This document shows positions 53,201 through 64,000 of a DNA stretch of 64,000 bases, in pieces. The stretch's first letter is position 1, and every line of letters starts with the position of its first letter. Source of the stretch: Utricularia gibba (lineage: Eukaryota > Plantae > Magnoliophyta). A model generated the notes under the pieces. The model saw nothing but the letters and a program-made list of their open reading frames with translations, did not search any database and had not been told where the DNA came from. The DNA is taken from the NCBI GenBank assembly GCA_002189035.1, contig NEEC01000016.1:1-64000 (forward strand), read 5' to 3'. The translations under genes were made by a program, and so were the position numbers.

Positions 53201-56200
53201 CGTGACTCTAAACGGTTTGGACGATGTGGCGTCAATGGCGAAGGCTGCGCGAGGCCACCCCTTAATGTAGGAATTCCCAGGGCCCGAGCACACTCGGAGA
53301 AACGCATGAGAATGCCGCGAAATTCAAGATTTTGACATATATTAACGAATCACGCGTGTTTCGCAAGCCGAGAACAATTTTCGCATAAAAACGAGCAAAC
53401 GAGTCCCAACGTCCCCAATGGCTAGGCCATTTTGTGACACCATTCAAGGCTTATATAGGGCCATCCGAGCTTCGAACTTTCGGATGGGCAAGCTTTCAAC
53501 ACGAAAAACGACCGTCTCGGAATGAGCTTCGAAACGGTATGCTGTGTGTCGCGTGACTCTAAACGGTTTGATGTGGCGTCAATTGCGAAGGCTGCGCGAG
53601 GCCACCCCTTGGTGTAGGAAGTCCCAGGGCCCGAGCACACCGAGAAACGCATGAGAATGCCGCGAAATTCAAGATTTTGACATATATTAACGAATCACGC
53701 GTGTTTCGCAAGCCGAGATTAGTTTTCGCATAAAAACGAGCAAACGAGTCCCAACGTCCCCAATGGCTAGGCCATTTTGTGACACCATTCAAGGCTTATA
53801 TAGGGCCATCCGTCGAGCTTCGAACTTTCCTCGGATGGGCGAACTCCCAACACGAAAAACGACCGTCTCGGAATGAGCTTCGAAACGGTATGCTGTGTGT
53901 CGCGTGACTCTAAACGGTTTGGACGATGTGGCGTCAATGGCGAAGGCTGCGCGAGGCCACCCCTTAATGTAGGAATTCCCAGGCCCGAGCACACTGAGAG
54001 AAACGCATGAGAATGCCGCGAAATTCAAGATTTTGACATATATTAACGAATCACGCGTGTTTCGCAAGCCGAGAATAATTTTCGCATAAAAACGAGCAAA
54101 GGAGTCGCGATGTCCCCAATGGCTAGACCATTTTGTGGACACCATTCAAGGCTAATATAAGGCCATCCTTCGAGCTTCGAACTTTCCTCGGATGGGCAAG
54201 CTCCCAACACGAAAAACGACCGTCTCGGAATGAGCTTCGAAACGGTATGCTGTGTGTCGCGTGACTCTAAACGGTTTGGACGATGTGGCGTCAATGGCGA
54301 AGGCTGCGCGAGGCCACCCCTTAATGTAGGAATTCCCAGGGCCCGAGCACACTCGGAGAAACGCATGAGAATGCCGCGAAATTCAAGATTTTGACATATA
54401 TTAACGAATCACGCGTGTTTCGCAAGCCGAGAACAATTTTCGCATAAAAACGAGCAAACGAGTCCCAACGTCCCCAATGGCTAGGCCATTTTGTGACACC
54501 ATTCAAGGCTTATATAGGGCCATCCTTCTTCGAACTTTCCTCGGATGGGCAAGCTCCAACACGAAAAACGACCGTCTCGGAATGAGCTTCGAAACGGTAT
54601 GCTGTGTGTCGCGTGACTCTAAACGGTTTGATGTGGCGTCAATTGCGAAGGCTGCGCGAGGCCACCCCTTGGTGTAGGAATCCCAGGGCCCGAGCACACC
54701 GGAGAAACGCATGAGAATGCCGCGAAATTCAAGATTTTGACATATATTAACGAATCACGCGTGTTTCGCAAGCCGAGATTAGTTTTCGCATAAAAACGAG
54801 CAAACGAGTCCCAACGTCCCAATGGCTAGGCCATTTTGTGACACCATTCAAGGCTTATAAGGGCCATCCGTCGAGCTTCGAACTTTCCTCGGATGGGCGA
54901 ACTCCAACACGAAAAACGACGTCTCGAATGAGCTTCGAAACGGTATGCTGTGTGTCGCGTGACTCTAAACGGTTTGGACGATGTGGCGTCAATGGCGAAG
55001 GCTGCGCGAGGCCACCCCTTGGTGTAGGAATCCCAGGGCCCGAGCACACCCGTAGAAACGCATGAGAATGCCGCGAAATTCAAGATTTTACATATATTAA
55101 CGAATCACGCGTGTTTCGCAATCCGAGAAAAATTTTCGCATAAAAACGAGCAAAGGAGTCGCAACGTCCCCAATGGCTAGACCATTTTGTGACACCATTC
55201 AAGGCTAATATAGGCCATCCTTCGAGCTTCGAACTTTCCTCGGATGGGCGAACTCCCAACACGAAAAACGATCGTCTCAGAATGAGCTTCGAAACGGTAT
55301 GCTGTGTGTCGCGTGACTCTAAACGGTTTGGACGATGTGGCGTCAATGGCGAAGGCTGCGCGAGGCCACCCCTTGGTGTAGGAAGTCCCAGGGCCCGAGC
55401 ACACCCGTAGAAACGCATGAGAATGCCGCGAAATTCAAGATTTTGACATATATTAACGAATCACGCGTGTTTCGCAAGCCGAGAATAATTTTCGCATAAA
55501 AACGAGCAAAGGAGTCGCATGTCCCCAATGGCTAGACCATTTTGGACACCATTGAAGGCTAATATAGGCCATCCTTCGAGCTTCGAACTTTCCTCGGATG
55601 GGCAAGCTCCCAACACGAAAAACGACCGTCTCGGAATGAGCTTCGAAACGGTATGCTGTGTGTCGCGTGACTCTAAACGGTTTGGACGATGTGGCGTCAA
55701 TGGCGAAGGCTGCGCGAGGCCACCCCTTAATGTAGGAATTCCCAGGGCCCGAGCACACTCGGAGAAACGCATGAGAATGCCGCGAAATTCAAGATTTTGA
55801 CATATATTAACGAATCACGCGTGTTTCGCAAGCCGAGAACAATTTTCGCATAAAAACGAGCAAACGAGTCCCAACGTCCCCAATGGCTAGGCCATTTTGT
55901 GACACCATTCAAGGCTTATATAGGGCCATCCTTCGAGCTTCGAACTTTCCTCGGATGGGCAAGCTTCCAACACGAAAAACGACCGTCTCGGAATGAGCTT
56001 CGAAACGGTATGCTGTGTGTCGCGTGACTCTAAACGGTTTGGACGATGGCGTCAATGCGAAGGCTGCGCGAGGCCACCCCTTGGTGTAGGAAGTCCCAGG
56101 GCCCGAGCACACCGAGAAACGCATGAGAATGCCGCGAAATTCAAGATTTTGACATATATTAACGAATCACGCGTGTTTCGCAAGCCGAGATTAATTTTCG

Positions 56201-57291
56201 CATAAAAACGAGCAAAGAGTCGCAACGTCCCCAATGGCTAGGCCATTTTGTGACACCATTCAAGGCTTATATAGGGCCATCCGTCGAGCTTCGAACTTTC
56301 CTCGGATGGGCGAACTCCCAACACGAAAAACGACCGTCTCGGAATGAGCTTCGAAACGGTATGCTGTGTGTCGCGTGACTCTAAACGGTTTGGACGATGT
56401 GGCGTCAATGGCGAAGGCTGCGCGAGGCCACCCCTTAATGTAGGAATTCCCAGGCCCGAGCACACTCGGAGAAACGCATGAGAATGCCGCGAAATTCAAG
56501 ATTTTGACATATATTAACGAATCACGCGTGTTTCGCAAGCCGAGAATAATTTTCGCATAAAAACGAGCAAAGGAGTCGCAATGTCCCCAATGGCTAGACC
56601 ATTTTGGACACCATTCAAGGCTTATATAGGGCCATCCGTCGAGCTTCGAACTTTCCTCGGATGGGCGAACTCCCAACACGAAAAACGATCGTCTCAGAAT
56701 GAGCTTCGAAACGGTATGCTGTGTGTCGCGTGACTCTAAACGGTTTGGACGATGTGGCGTCAATGGCGAAGGCTGCGCGAGGCCACCCCTTGGTGTAGGA
56801 ATCCCGGGCCCGAGCACACCCGTAGAAACGCATGAGAATGCCGCGAAATTCAAGATTTTGACATATATTAACGAATCACGCGTGTTTCGCAAGCCGAGAA
56901 TAATTTTCGCATAAAAACGAGCAAAGGAGTCGCATGTCCCCAATGGCTAGACCATTTTGTGACACCATTGAAGGCTAATATAGGCCATCCTTCGAGCTTC
57001 GAACTTTCCTCGGATGGGCAAGCTCCCAACACGAAAAACGACCGTCTCGAATGAGCTTCGAAACGGTATGCTGTGTGTCGCGTGACTCTAAACGGTTTGG
57101 ACGATGTGGCGTCAATGGCGAAGGCTGCGCGAGGCCACCCCTTGGTGTAGGAAGTCCCAGGGCCCGAGCACACCCGTAGAAACGCATGAGAATGCCGCGA
57201 AATTCAAGATTTTGACATATATTAACGAATCACGCGTGTTTCGCAAGCCGAGAACAATTTTCGCATAAAAACGAGCAAAGAGTCCCAACGT
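50238..57291. repeat. Short-period HOR zone: 4-mer (~1.41 kb) with one 3-mer (~1.05 kb)
   Basis: Monomers carrying gcaagctccc start at 50238, 51655, 53060, 54114, 55523 and 56938 (steps of 4,4,3,4,4 units). The first five are each followed by a monomer with a lesion at ggacgatg (50593, 52010, 53413, 54472, 55878). Confidence 0.75.
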
Positions 57292-57499
57292 CCCCAATGG
57301 CTAGGCCATTTTGTGACACCATTCAAGGCTTATATAGGGCCATCCGTCGAGCTTCGAACTTTCCTCGGATGGGCGATTCCCAACACGAAAAACGATCGTC
57401 TCAGAATGAGCTTCGAAACGGTATGCTGTGTGTCGCGTGACTCTAAACGGTTTGGACGATGTGGCGTCAATGGCGAAGGCTGCGCGAGGCCACCCCTTG

Positions 57500-60400
57500 G
57501 TGTAGGAATCCCGGCCCGAGCACACTAGAAACGCATGAGAATGCCGCGAAATTCAAGATTTTGACATATATTAACGAATCACGCGTTTTCGCAATCCGAG
57601 AAAAATTTTCGCATAAAAACGAGCAAAGGAGTCGCAACGTCCCCAATGGCTAGACCATTTGACACCATTCAAGGCTAATATAGGCCATCCTTCGAGCTTC
57701 GAACTTTCCTCGGATGGGCGAACTCCCAACACGAAAAACGACGTCTCGAATGAGCTTCGAAACGGTATGCTGTGTGTCGCGTGACTCTAAACGGTTTGGA
57801 CGATGTGGCGTCAATGGCGAAGGCTGCGCGAGGCCACCCCTTGGTGTAGGAATCCCCCCGAGCACACCGAGAAACGCATGAGAATGCCGCGAAATTCAAG
57901 ATTTTGACATATATTAACGAATCACGCGTGTTTCGCAATCCGAGAAAATTTTCGCATAAAAACGAGCAAAGGAGTCGCAACGTCCCCAATGGCTAGACCA
58001 TTTTGTGACACCATTCAAGGCTAATATAGGCCATCCTTCGAGCTTCGAACTTTCCTCGGATGGGCGAACTCCCAACACGAAAAACGATCGTCTCAGAATG
58101 AGCTTCGAAACGGTATGCTGTGTGTCGCGTGACTCTAAACGGTTTGGACGATGTGGCGTCAATGGCGAAGGCTGCGCGAGGCCACCCCTTGGTGTAGGAA
58201 TCCCAGGGCCCGAGCACACCCGTAGAAACGCATGAGAATGCCGCGAAATTCAAGATTTTGACATATATTAACGAATCACGCGTGTTTCGCAAGCCGAGAT
58301 TAGTTTTCGCATAAAAACGAGCAAAGAGTCGCAACGTCCCCAATGGCTAGGCCATTTTGTGACACCATTCAAGGCTATATAGGGCCATCCGTCGAGCTTC
58401 GAACTTTCCTCGGATGGGCGACTCCAACACGAAAAACGATCGTCTCAGAATGAGCTTCGAAACGGTATGCTGTGTGTCGCGTGACTCTAAACGGTTTGGA
58501 CGATGTGGCGTCAATGGCGAAGGCTGCGCGAGGCCACCCCTTGGTGTAGGAATCCCAGGGCCCGAGCACACCCGCATGAGAAACGCATGAGAATGCCGCG
58601 AAATTCAAGATTTTGACATATATTAACGAATCACGCGTGTTTCGCAAGCCGAGAAGGCTTAGGAATTTTCGCATAAAAACGAGCAAAGAGTCCCAACGTC
58701 CCCAATGGCTAGGCCATTTTGTGACACCATTCAAGGCTTTATAGGGCCATCCTCGCGTCAATGAAGGCTCTTGGTGTAAATCCCAGGGTAGAAACGCATT
58801 GCCGACAAGATGTGGCGTCAATGGCGAAGGCTGCGCGAGGCCACCCTTGAACTTTCGTGTAGGAATCCCAGGGCCCGAGCACACTGCGCGGAGAAACGCA
58901 TGAGAATGCCGCGAAATTCAAGATTTTGACATATATTAACGAATCACGCGTGTTTCGCAAGCCGAGATTAGTTTTCCGAGAATAATTTTCGCATAAAAAC
59001 GAGCAAAGGAGTCGCAAACGTCCCCAATGGCTAGACCATTTTGTGACACCATTGAAGGCTAATATAGGGCCATCCGAGAAAATTTTCGAGCTTCGAACTT
59101 TCCTCGGATGGGCAACTCCCAACACGAAAAACGACCGTCTCAGAATGAGCTTCGAAACGGTATGCTGTGTGTCGCGTGACTCTAAACGGTTTGGACGATG
59201 TGGCGTCAATGGCGAAGGCTGCGCGAGGCCACCCCTTGGTGTAGGAATCCCAGGGCCCGAGCACACCCGTAGAAACGCATGAGAATGCCGCGAAATTCAA
59301 GATTTTGACATATATTAACGAATCACGCGTGTTTCGCAAGCCGAGAATTAATTTTCGCATAAAAACGAGCAAAGGAGTCGCGACGTCCCCAATGGCTAGA
59401 CCATTTTGTGACACCATTGAAGGCTTATATAGGCCATCCGAGAATTCGAGCTTCGAACTTTCCTCGGATGGGCGAACTCCCAACACGAAAAACGATCGTC
59501 TCAGAATGAGCTTCGAAACGGTATGCTGTGTGTCGCGTGACTCTAAACGGTTTGGACGATGTGGCGTCAATGGCGAAGGCTGCGCGAGGCCACCCCTTGT
59601 GTAGGAATTCCCAGGGCCCGAGCACACTCGGAGAAACGCATGAGAATGCCGCGAAATTCAAGATTTTGACATATATTAACGAATCACGCGTGTTTCGCAA
59701 GCCGAGAATAATTTTCGCATAAAAACGAGCAAAGGAGTCGCAACGTCCCCAATGGCTAGGCCATTTTGTGACACCATTCAAGGCTATATAGGGCCATCCT
59801 TCGAGCTTCGAACTTTCCTCGGATGGGCAAGCTCCCAACACGAAAAACGACCGTCTCGAATGAGCTTCGAAACGGTATGCTGTGTGTCGCGTGACTCTAA
59901 ACGGTTTGGACGATGTGGCGTCAATGGCGAAGGCTGCGCGAGGCCACCCCTTGGTGTAGGAATTCCCAGGGCCCGAGCACACCGGAGAAACGCATGAGAA
60001 TGCCGCGAAATTCAAGATTTTGACATATATTAACGAATCACGCGTGTTTCGCAAGCCGAGATTAGTTTTCGCATAAAAACGAGCAAAGGAGTCGCAACGT
60101 CCCCAATGGCTAGACCATTTTGTGACACCATTGAAGGCTAATATAGGGCCATCCTTCGAGCTTCGAACTTTCCTCGGATGGGCGAACCCAACACGAAAAA
60201 CGACCGTCTCCTTCGAAACGATGCTGTGTGTCGCGTGACTCTAAACGGTTTGGACGATGTGGCGTCAATGCGAAGGCTGCGCGAGGCCACCCCTTGGTGT
60301 AGGAATTCCCAGGGCCCGAGCACACTGAGAAACGCATGAGAATGCCGCGAAATTCAAGATTTTGACATATATTAACGAATCACGCGTGTTTCGCAAGCCG

Positions 60401-63400
60401 TCGCATAAAAACGAGCAAACGAGTCCCCCCAATGGCTAGACCATTTTGTGACACCATTGAAGGCTAATATAGGGCCATCCGTCGAGCTTCGAACTTTCCT
60501 CGGATGGGCGTCCCAATCTCGAATGAGCTTCGAAACGGCTGTGTGTCGCGTGACTCTAAACGGTTTGGAGATGTGGCGTCAATGGCGAAGGCTGCGCGAG
60601 GCCACCCCTTGGTGTAGGAATCCCATAGAAACGCATGAGAATGCCGCGAAATTCAAGATTTTGACATATATTAACGAATCACGCGTGTTTCGCAATCCGA
60701 CGCATAAAAACGAGCAAAGGAGTCGCAACGTCCCCAATGGCTAGGCCATTTTGTGACACCATTCAAGGCTAATATAGGGCCATCCTTCGAGCTTCGAACT
60801 TTCCTCGGATGGGCGATTCCAACACGAAAAACGACCGTCAGAATGAGCTTCGAAACGCTCGCGTGACTCTAAACGGTTTGGATTGTGGCGTCAATGCGAA
60901 GGCTGCGCGAGGCCACCCTTGAGGAATTCCCAGGGCCCGAGCACACTCGGAGAAACGCATGAGAATGCCGCGAAATTCAAGATTTTGACATATATTAACG
61001 AATCACGCGTGTTTCGCAAGCCGAGATTAGTTTTCGCATAAAAACGAGCAAAGAGTCGTCCCCAATGGCTAGACCATTTTGTGACACCATTGAAGGCTAA
61101 TATAGGGCCATCCTTCGAGCTTCGAACTTTCCTCGGATGGGCGATTCCAACACGAAAAACGACCGTCTCGCTTTGGTGTAGGAATAGCACACAGAAACGC
61201 ATGAGAATGCCGCGAAATTCAAGATTTTGACATATATTAACGAATCACGCGTGTTTCGCAAGGAGAATAATTTTCGCATAAAAACGAGCAAAGGAGTCGT
61301 CCCCAATGGCTAGACCATTTTGTGACACCATTGAAGGCTTAATAAGGCCATCCTTCGAGCTTCGAACTTTCCTCGGATGGGCAAAACACGAAAAACGACG
61401 TCTCAGAATGAGCTTCGAAACGGTATGCTGTGTGTCGCGTGACTCTAAACGGTTTGGGATGTGGCGTCAATGGCGAAGGCTGCGCGAGGCCACCCCTTGG
61501 TGTAGGAATCCCAGGGCCCGAGCACACGAGAAACGCATGAGAATGCCGCGAAATTCAAGATTTTGACATATATTAACGAATCACGCGTGTTTCGCAAGCC
61601 GAGAAATTTTCGCATAAAAACGAGCAAAGAGTCGCAACGTCCCCAATGGCTAGGCCATTTTGTGACACCATTCAAGGCTTATAGGGCCATCCGTCGAGCT
61701 TCGAACTTTCCTCGGATGGGCGAACTCCCAACACGAAAAACGACCGTCTCGAATGAGCTTCGAAACGGTATGCTGTGTGTCGCGTGACTCTAAACGGTTT
61801 GGACGATGTGGTCAATGGCGAAGGCTGCGCGAGGCCACCCTTGGTGTAGGAATTCCCAGGGCCCGAGCACACCCGTAGAAACGCATGAGAATGCCGCGAA
61901 ATTCAAGATTTTGACATATATTAACGAATCACGCGTTTCGCAAGCCGAGAATTTTTCGCATAAAAACGAGCAAAGGAGTCGCAACGTCCCCAATGGCTAG
62001 ACCATTTTGTGACACCATTCAAGGCTAATATAGGCCATCCGTCGAGCTTCGAACTTTCCTCGGATGGGCGACTCCCAACACGAAAAACGACGTCTCAGAA
62101 TGAGCTTCGAAACGGTATGCTGTGTGTCGCGTGACTCTAAACGGTTTGGACGATGTGGCGTCAATGGCGAAGGCTGCGCGAGGCCACCCCTTGGTGTAGG
62201 AATTCCCAGGGCCCGAGCACACTCGGAGAAACGCATGAGAATGCCGCGAAATTCAAGATTTTGACATATATTAACGAATCACGCGTGTTTCGCAAGCCGA
62301 GAATAATTTTCGCATAAAAACGAGCAAAGGAGTCGCGTGTCCCCAATGGCTAGACCATTTTGTGACACCATTGAAGGCTATATAGGCCATCCTTCGAGCT
62401 TCGAACTTTCCTCGGATGGGCAACTCCCAACACGAAAAACGACCGTCTCAGAATGAGCTTCGAAACGGTATGCTGTGTGTCGCGTGACTCTAAACGGTTT
62501 GGACGATGTGGCGTCAATGGCGAAGGCTGCGCGAGGCCACCCCTTAATGTAGGAATTCCCAGGGCCCGAGCACACTCGGAGAAACGCATGAGAATGCCGC
62601 GAAATTCAAGATTTTGACATATATTAACGAATCACGCGTGTTTCGCAATCCGAGAATAATTTTCGCATAAAAACGAGCAAAGGAGTCGCAACGTCCCCAA
62701 TGGCTAGACCATTTTGTGACACCATTCAAGGCTTATATAGGCCATCCTTCGAGCTTCGAACTTTCCTCGGATGGGCAAGCTCCCAACACGAAAAACGACC
62801 GTCTCAGAATGAGCTTCGAAACGGTATGCTGTGTGTCGCGTGACTCTAAACGGTTTGGACGATGTGGCGTCAATGGCGAAGGCTGCGCGAGGCCACCCCT
62901 TGGTGTAGGAAGTCCCAGGGCCCGAGCACACCGAGAAACGCATGAGAATGCCGCGAAATTCAAGATTTTGACATATATTAACGAATCACGCGTGTTTCGC
63001 AAGCCGAGAATTTTTTCGCATAAAAACGAGCAAAGGAGTCGCAACGTCCCCAATGGCTAGGCCATTTTGTGACACCATTGAAGGCTATATATAGGCCATC
63101 CATAAAAACGTCGAGCTTCGAACTTTCCTCGGATGGGCGAACTCCCAACACGAAAACGACGTCTCGGACTTCGAAACGGTATGCTGTGTGTCGCGTGACT
63201 CTAAACGGTTTGGACGATGTGGCGTCAATGGCGAAGGCTGCGCGAGGCCACCCCTTAATGTAGGAATCCCATCGGAGAAACGCATGAGAATGCCGCGAAA
63301 TTCAAGATTTTGACATATATTAACGAATCACGCGTGTTTCGCAAGCCGAGAAAAATTTTCGCATAAAAACGAGCAAAGGAGTCGCAACGTCCCCAATGGC

Positions 63401-64000
63401 TAGACCATTTTGTGACACCATTGGCGTCAAGGCTGCGCGAGGCCACCCCTAATATAGGGCCATCCGTCGAGCTTCGAACTTTCCTCGGATGGGCGAACTC
63501 CCAACGAAAAACGATCCGTCTCGAGAATGAGCTTCGAAACGGTATGCTGTGTGTCGCGTGACTCTAAACGGTTTGGACGATGTGGCGTCAATGGCGAAGG
63601 CTGCGCGAGGCCACCCCTTGGTGTAGGAATCCCAGGGGCCCGAGCACACCCGTAGAAACGCATGAGAATGCCGCGAAATTCAAGATTTTGACATATATTA
63701 ACGAATCACGCGTGTTTCGCAAGCCGAGAAAATTTTCGCATAAAAACGAGCAAAGGAGTCGCAACGTCCCCAATGGCTAGACCATTTTGTGACACCATTG
63801 AAGGCTAATATAAGGCCATCCTTCGAGCTTCGAACTTTCCTCGGATGGGCTAGAACTCCCAACACGAAAAACGACCGTCTCGAATGAGCTTCGAAACGGT
63901 ATGCTGTGTGTCGCGTGACTCTAAACGGTTTGGACGATGTGGCGTCAATGGCGAAGGCTGCGCGAGGCCACCCCTTGGTGTAGGAAGTTCCCAGGGCCCG
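57500..64000. repeat. Satellite with raised indel load and motif-swap insertions
   Basis: Short units (e.g. 61060-61300 is 241 bp; 60427-60731 is 305 bp) and inserted fragments copied from other monomer positions (58961-58990, 59071-59091, 63101-63110, 63423-63450). Confidence 0.8.

Larger units (their letters stand above)
1..64000. repeat. Tandem satellite array, ~355-bp monomer, ~180 head-to-tail copies in a single orientation
   Basis: The anchor CCCCAATGGCTAG(G/A)CCATTTT recurs at 221, 574, 930, 1286, 1642, 1995 and so on up to 63768, usually 346-357 bp apart. The same internal motifs recur in the same order, and the array runs off both ends of the window. Confidence 0.99.

Noticed and set aside
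242-63780. Several hundred short ORFs on both strands (60-304 aa, e.g. 30901-31815, 52528-53307, 10089-10763)
   Set aside because: All are translations of the same 355-bp unit, with recurring peptides such as GGLAQPSPLTPHRPNRLESRDTQHTV. Their lengths depend on chance indels, and I recognise no protein domain or gene structure.
1-64000. CRISPR-like array
   Set aside because: There are no unique spacers. The whole unit repeats, and no cas genes are present.
1-64000. 5S rDNA or another RNA-gene tandem array (similar unit size in plants)
   Set aside because: I cannot recognise a 5S rRNA coding sequence, an internal A/C-box promoter, a T-run terminator or a tRNA cloverleaf in the monomer.

Overview
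The whole 64-kb window is one head-to-tail tandem satellite array with a monomer of about 355 bp (clean copies 352-357 bp, about 180 copies, all in one orientation). I see no genes, transposon insertions, telomere repeats or CRISPR array. Every ORF in the supplied track is a translation of the satellite. Monomer length, a polymorphic EcoRI site and a recalled resemblance to the maize 180-bp knob repeat suggest a grass satellite of the rice TrsA/Os48 (about 352-355 bp) type. That assignment is from memory and needs a BLAST check. Typing monomers by hand at about 10 diagnostic sites shows nested, shifting higher-order repeats (HORs). There is a 10-mer (about 3.5 kb) at the start, a duplicated 22-mer (about 7.8 kb), an overlapping duplicated 34-mer (about 12 kb) containing chimeric monomers, and a late 4-mer/3-mer (about 1.4/1.05 kb) zone. 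Three patches (about 29.9-31.2, 44-48.5 and 57.5-64 kb) are degraded or scrambled and may be long-read consensus artefacts. I found no novel gene-based system; the interest lies in satellite architecture and evolution.
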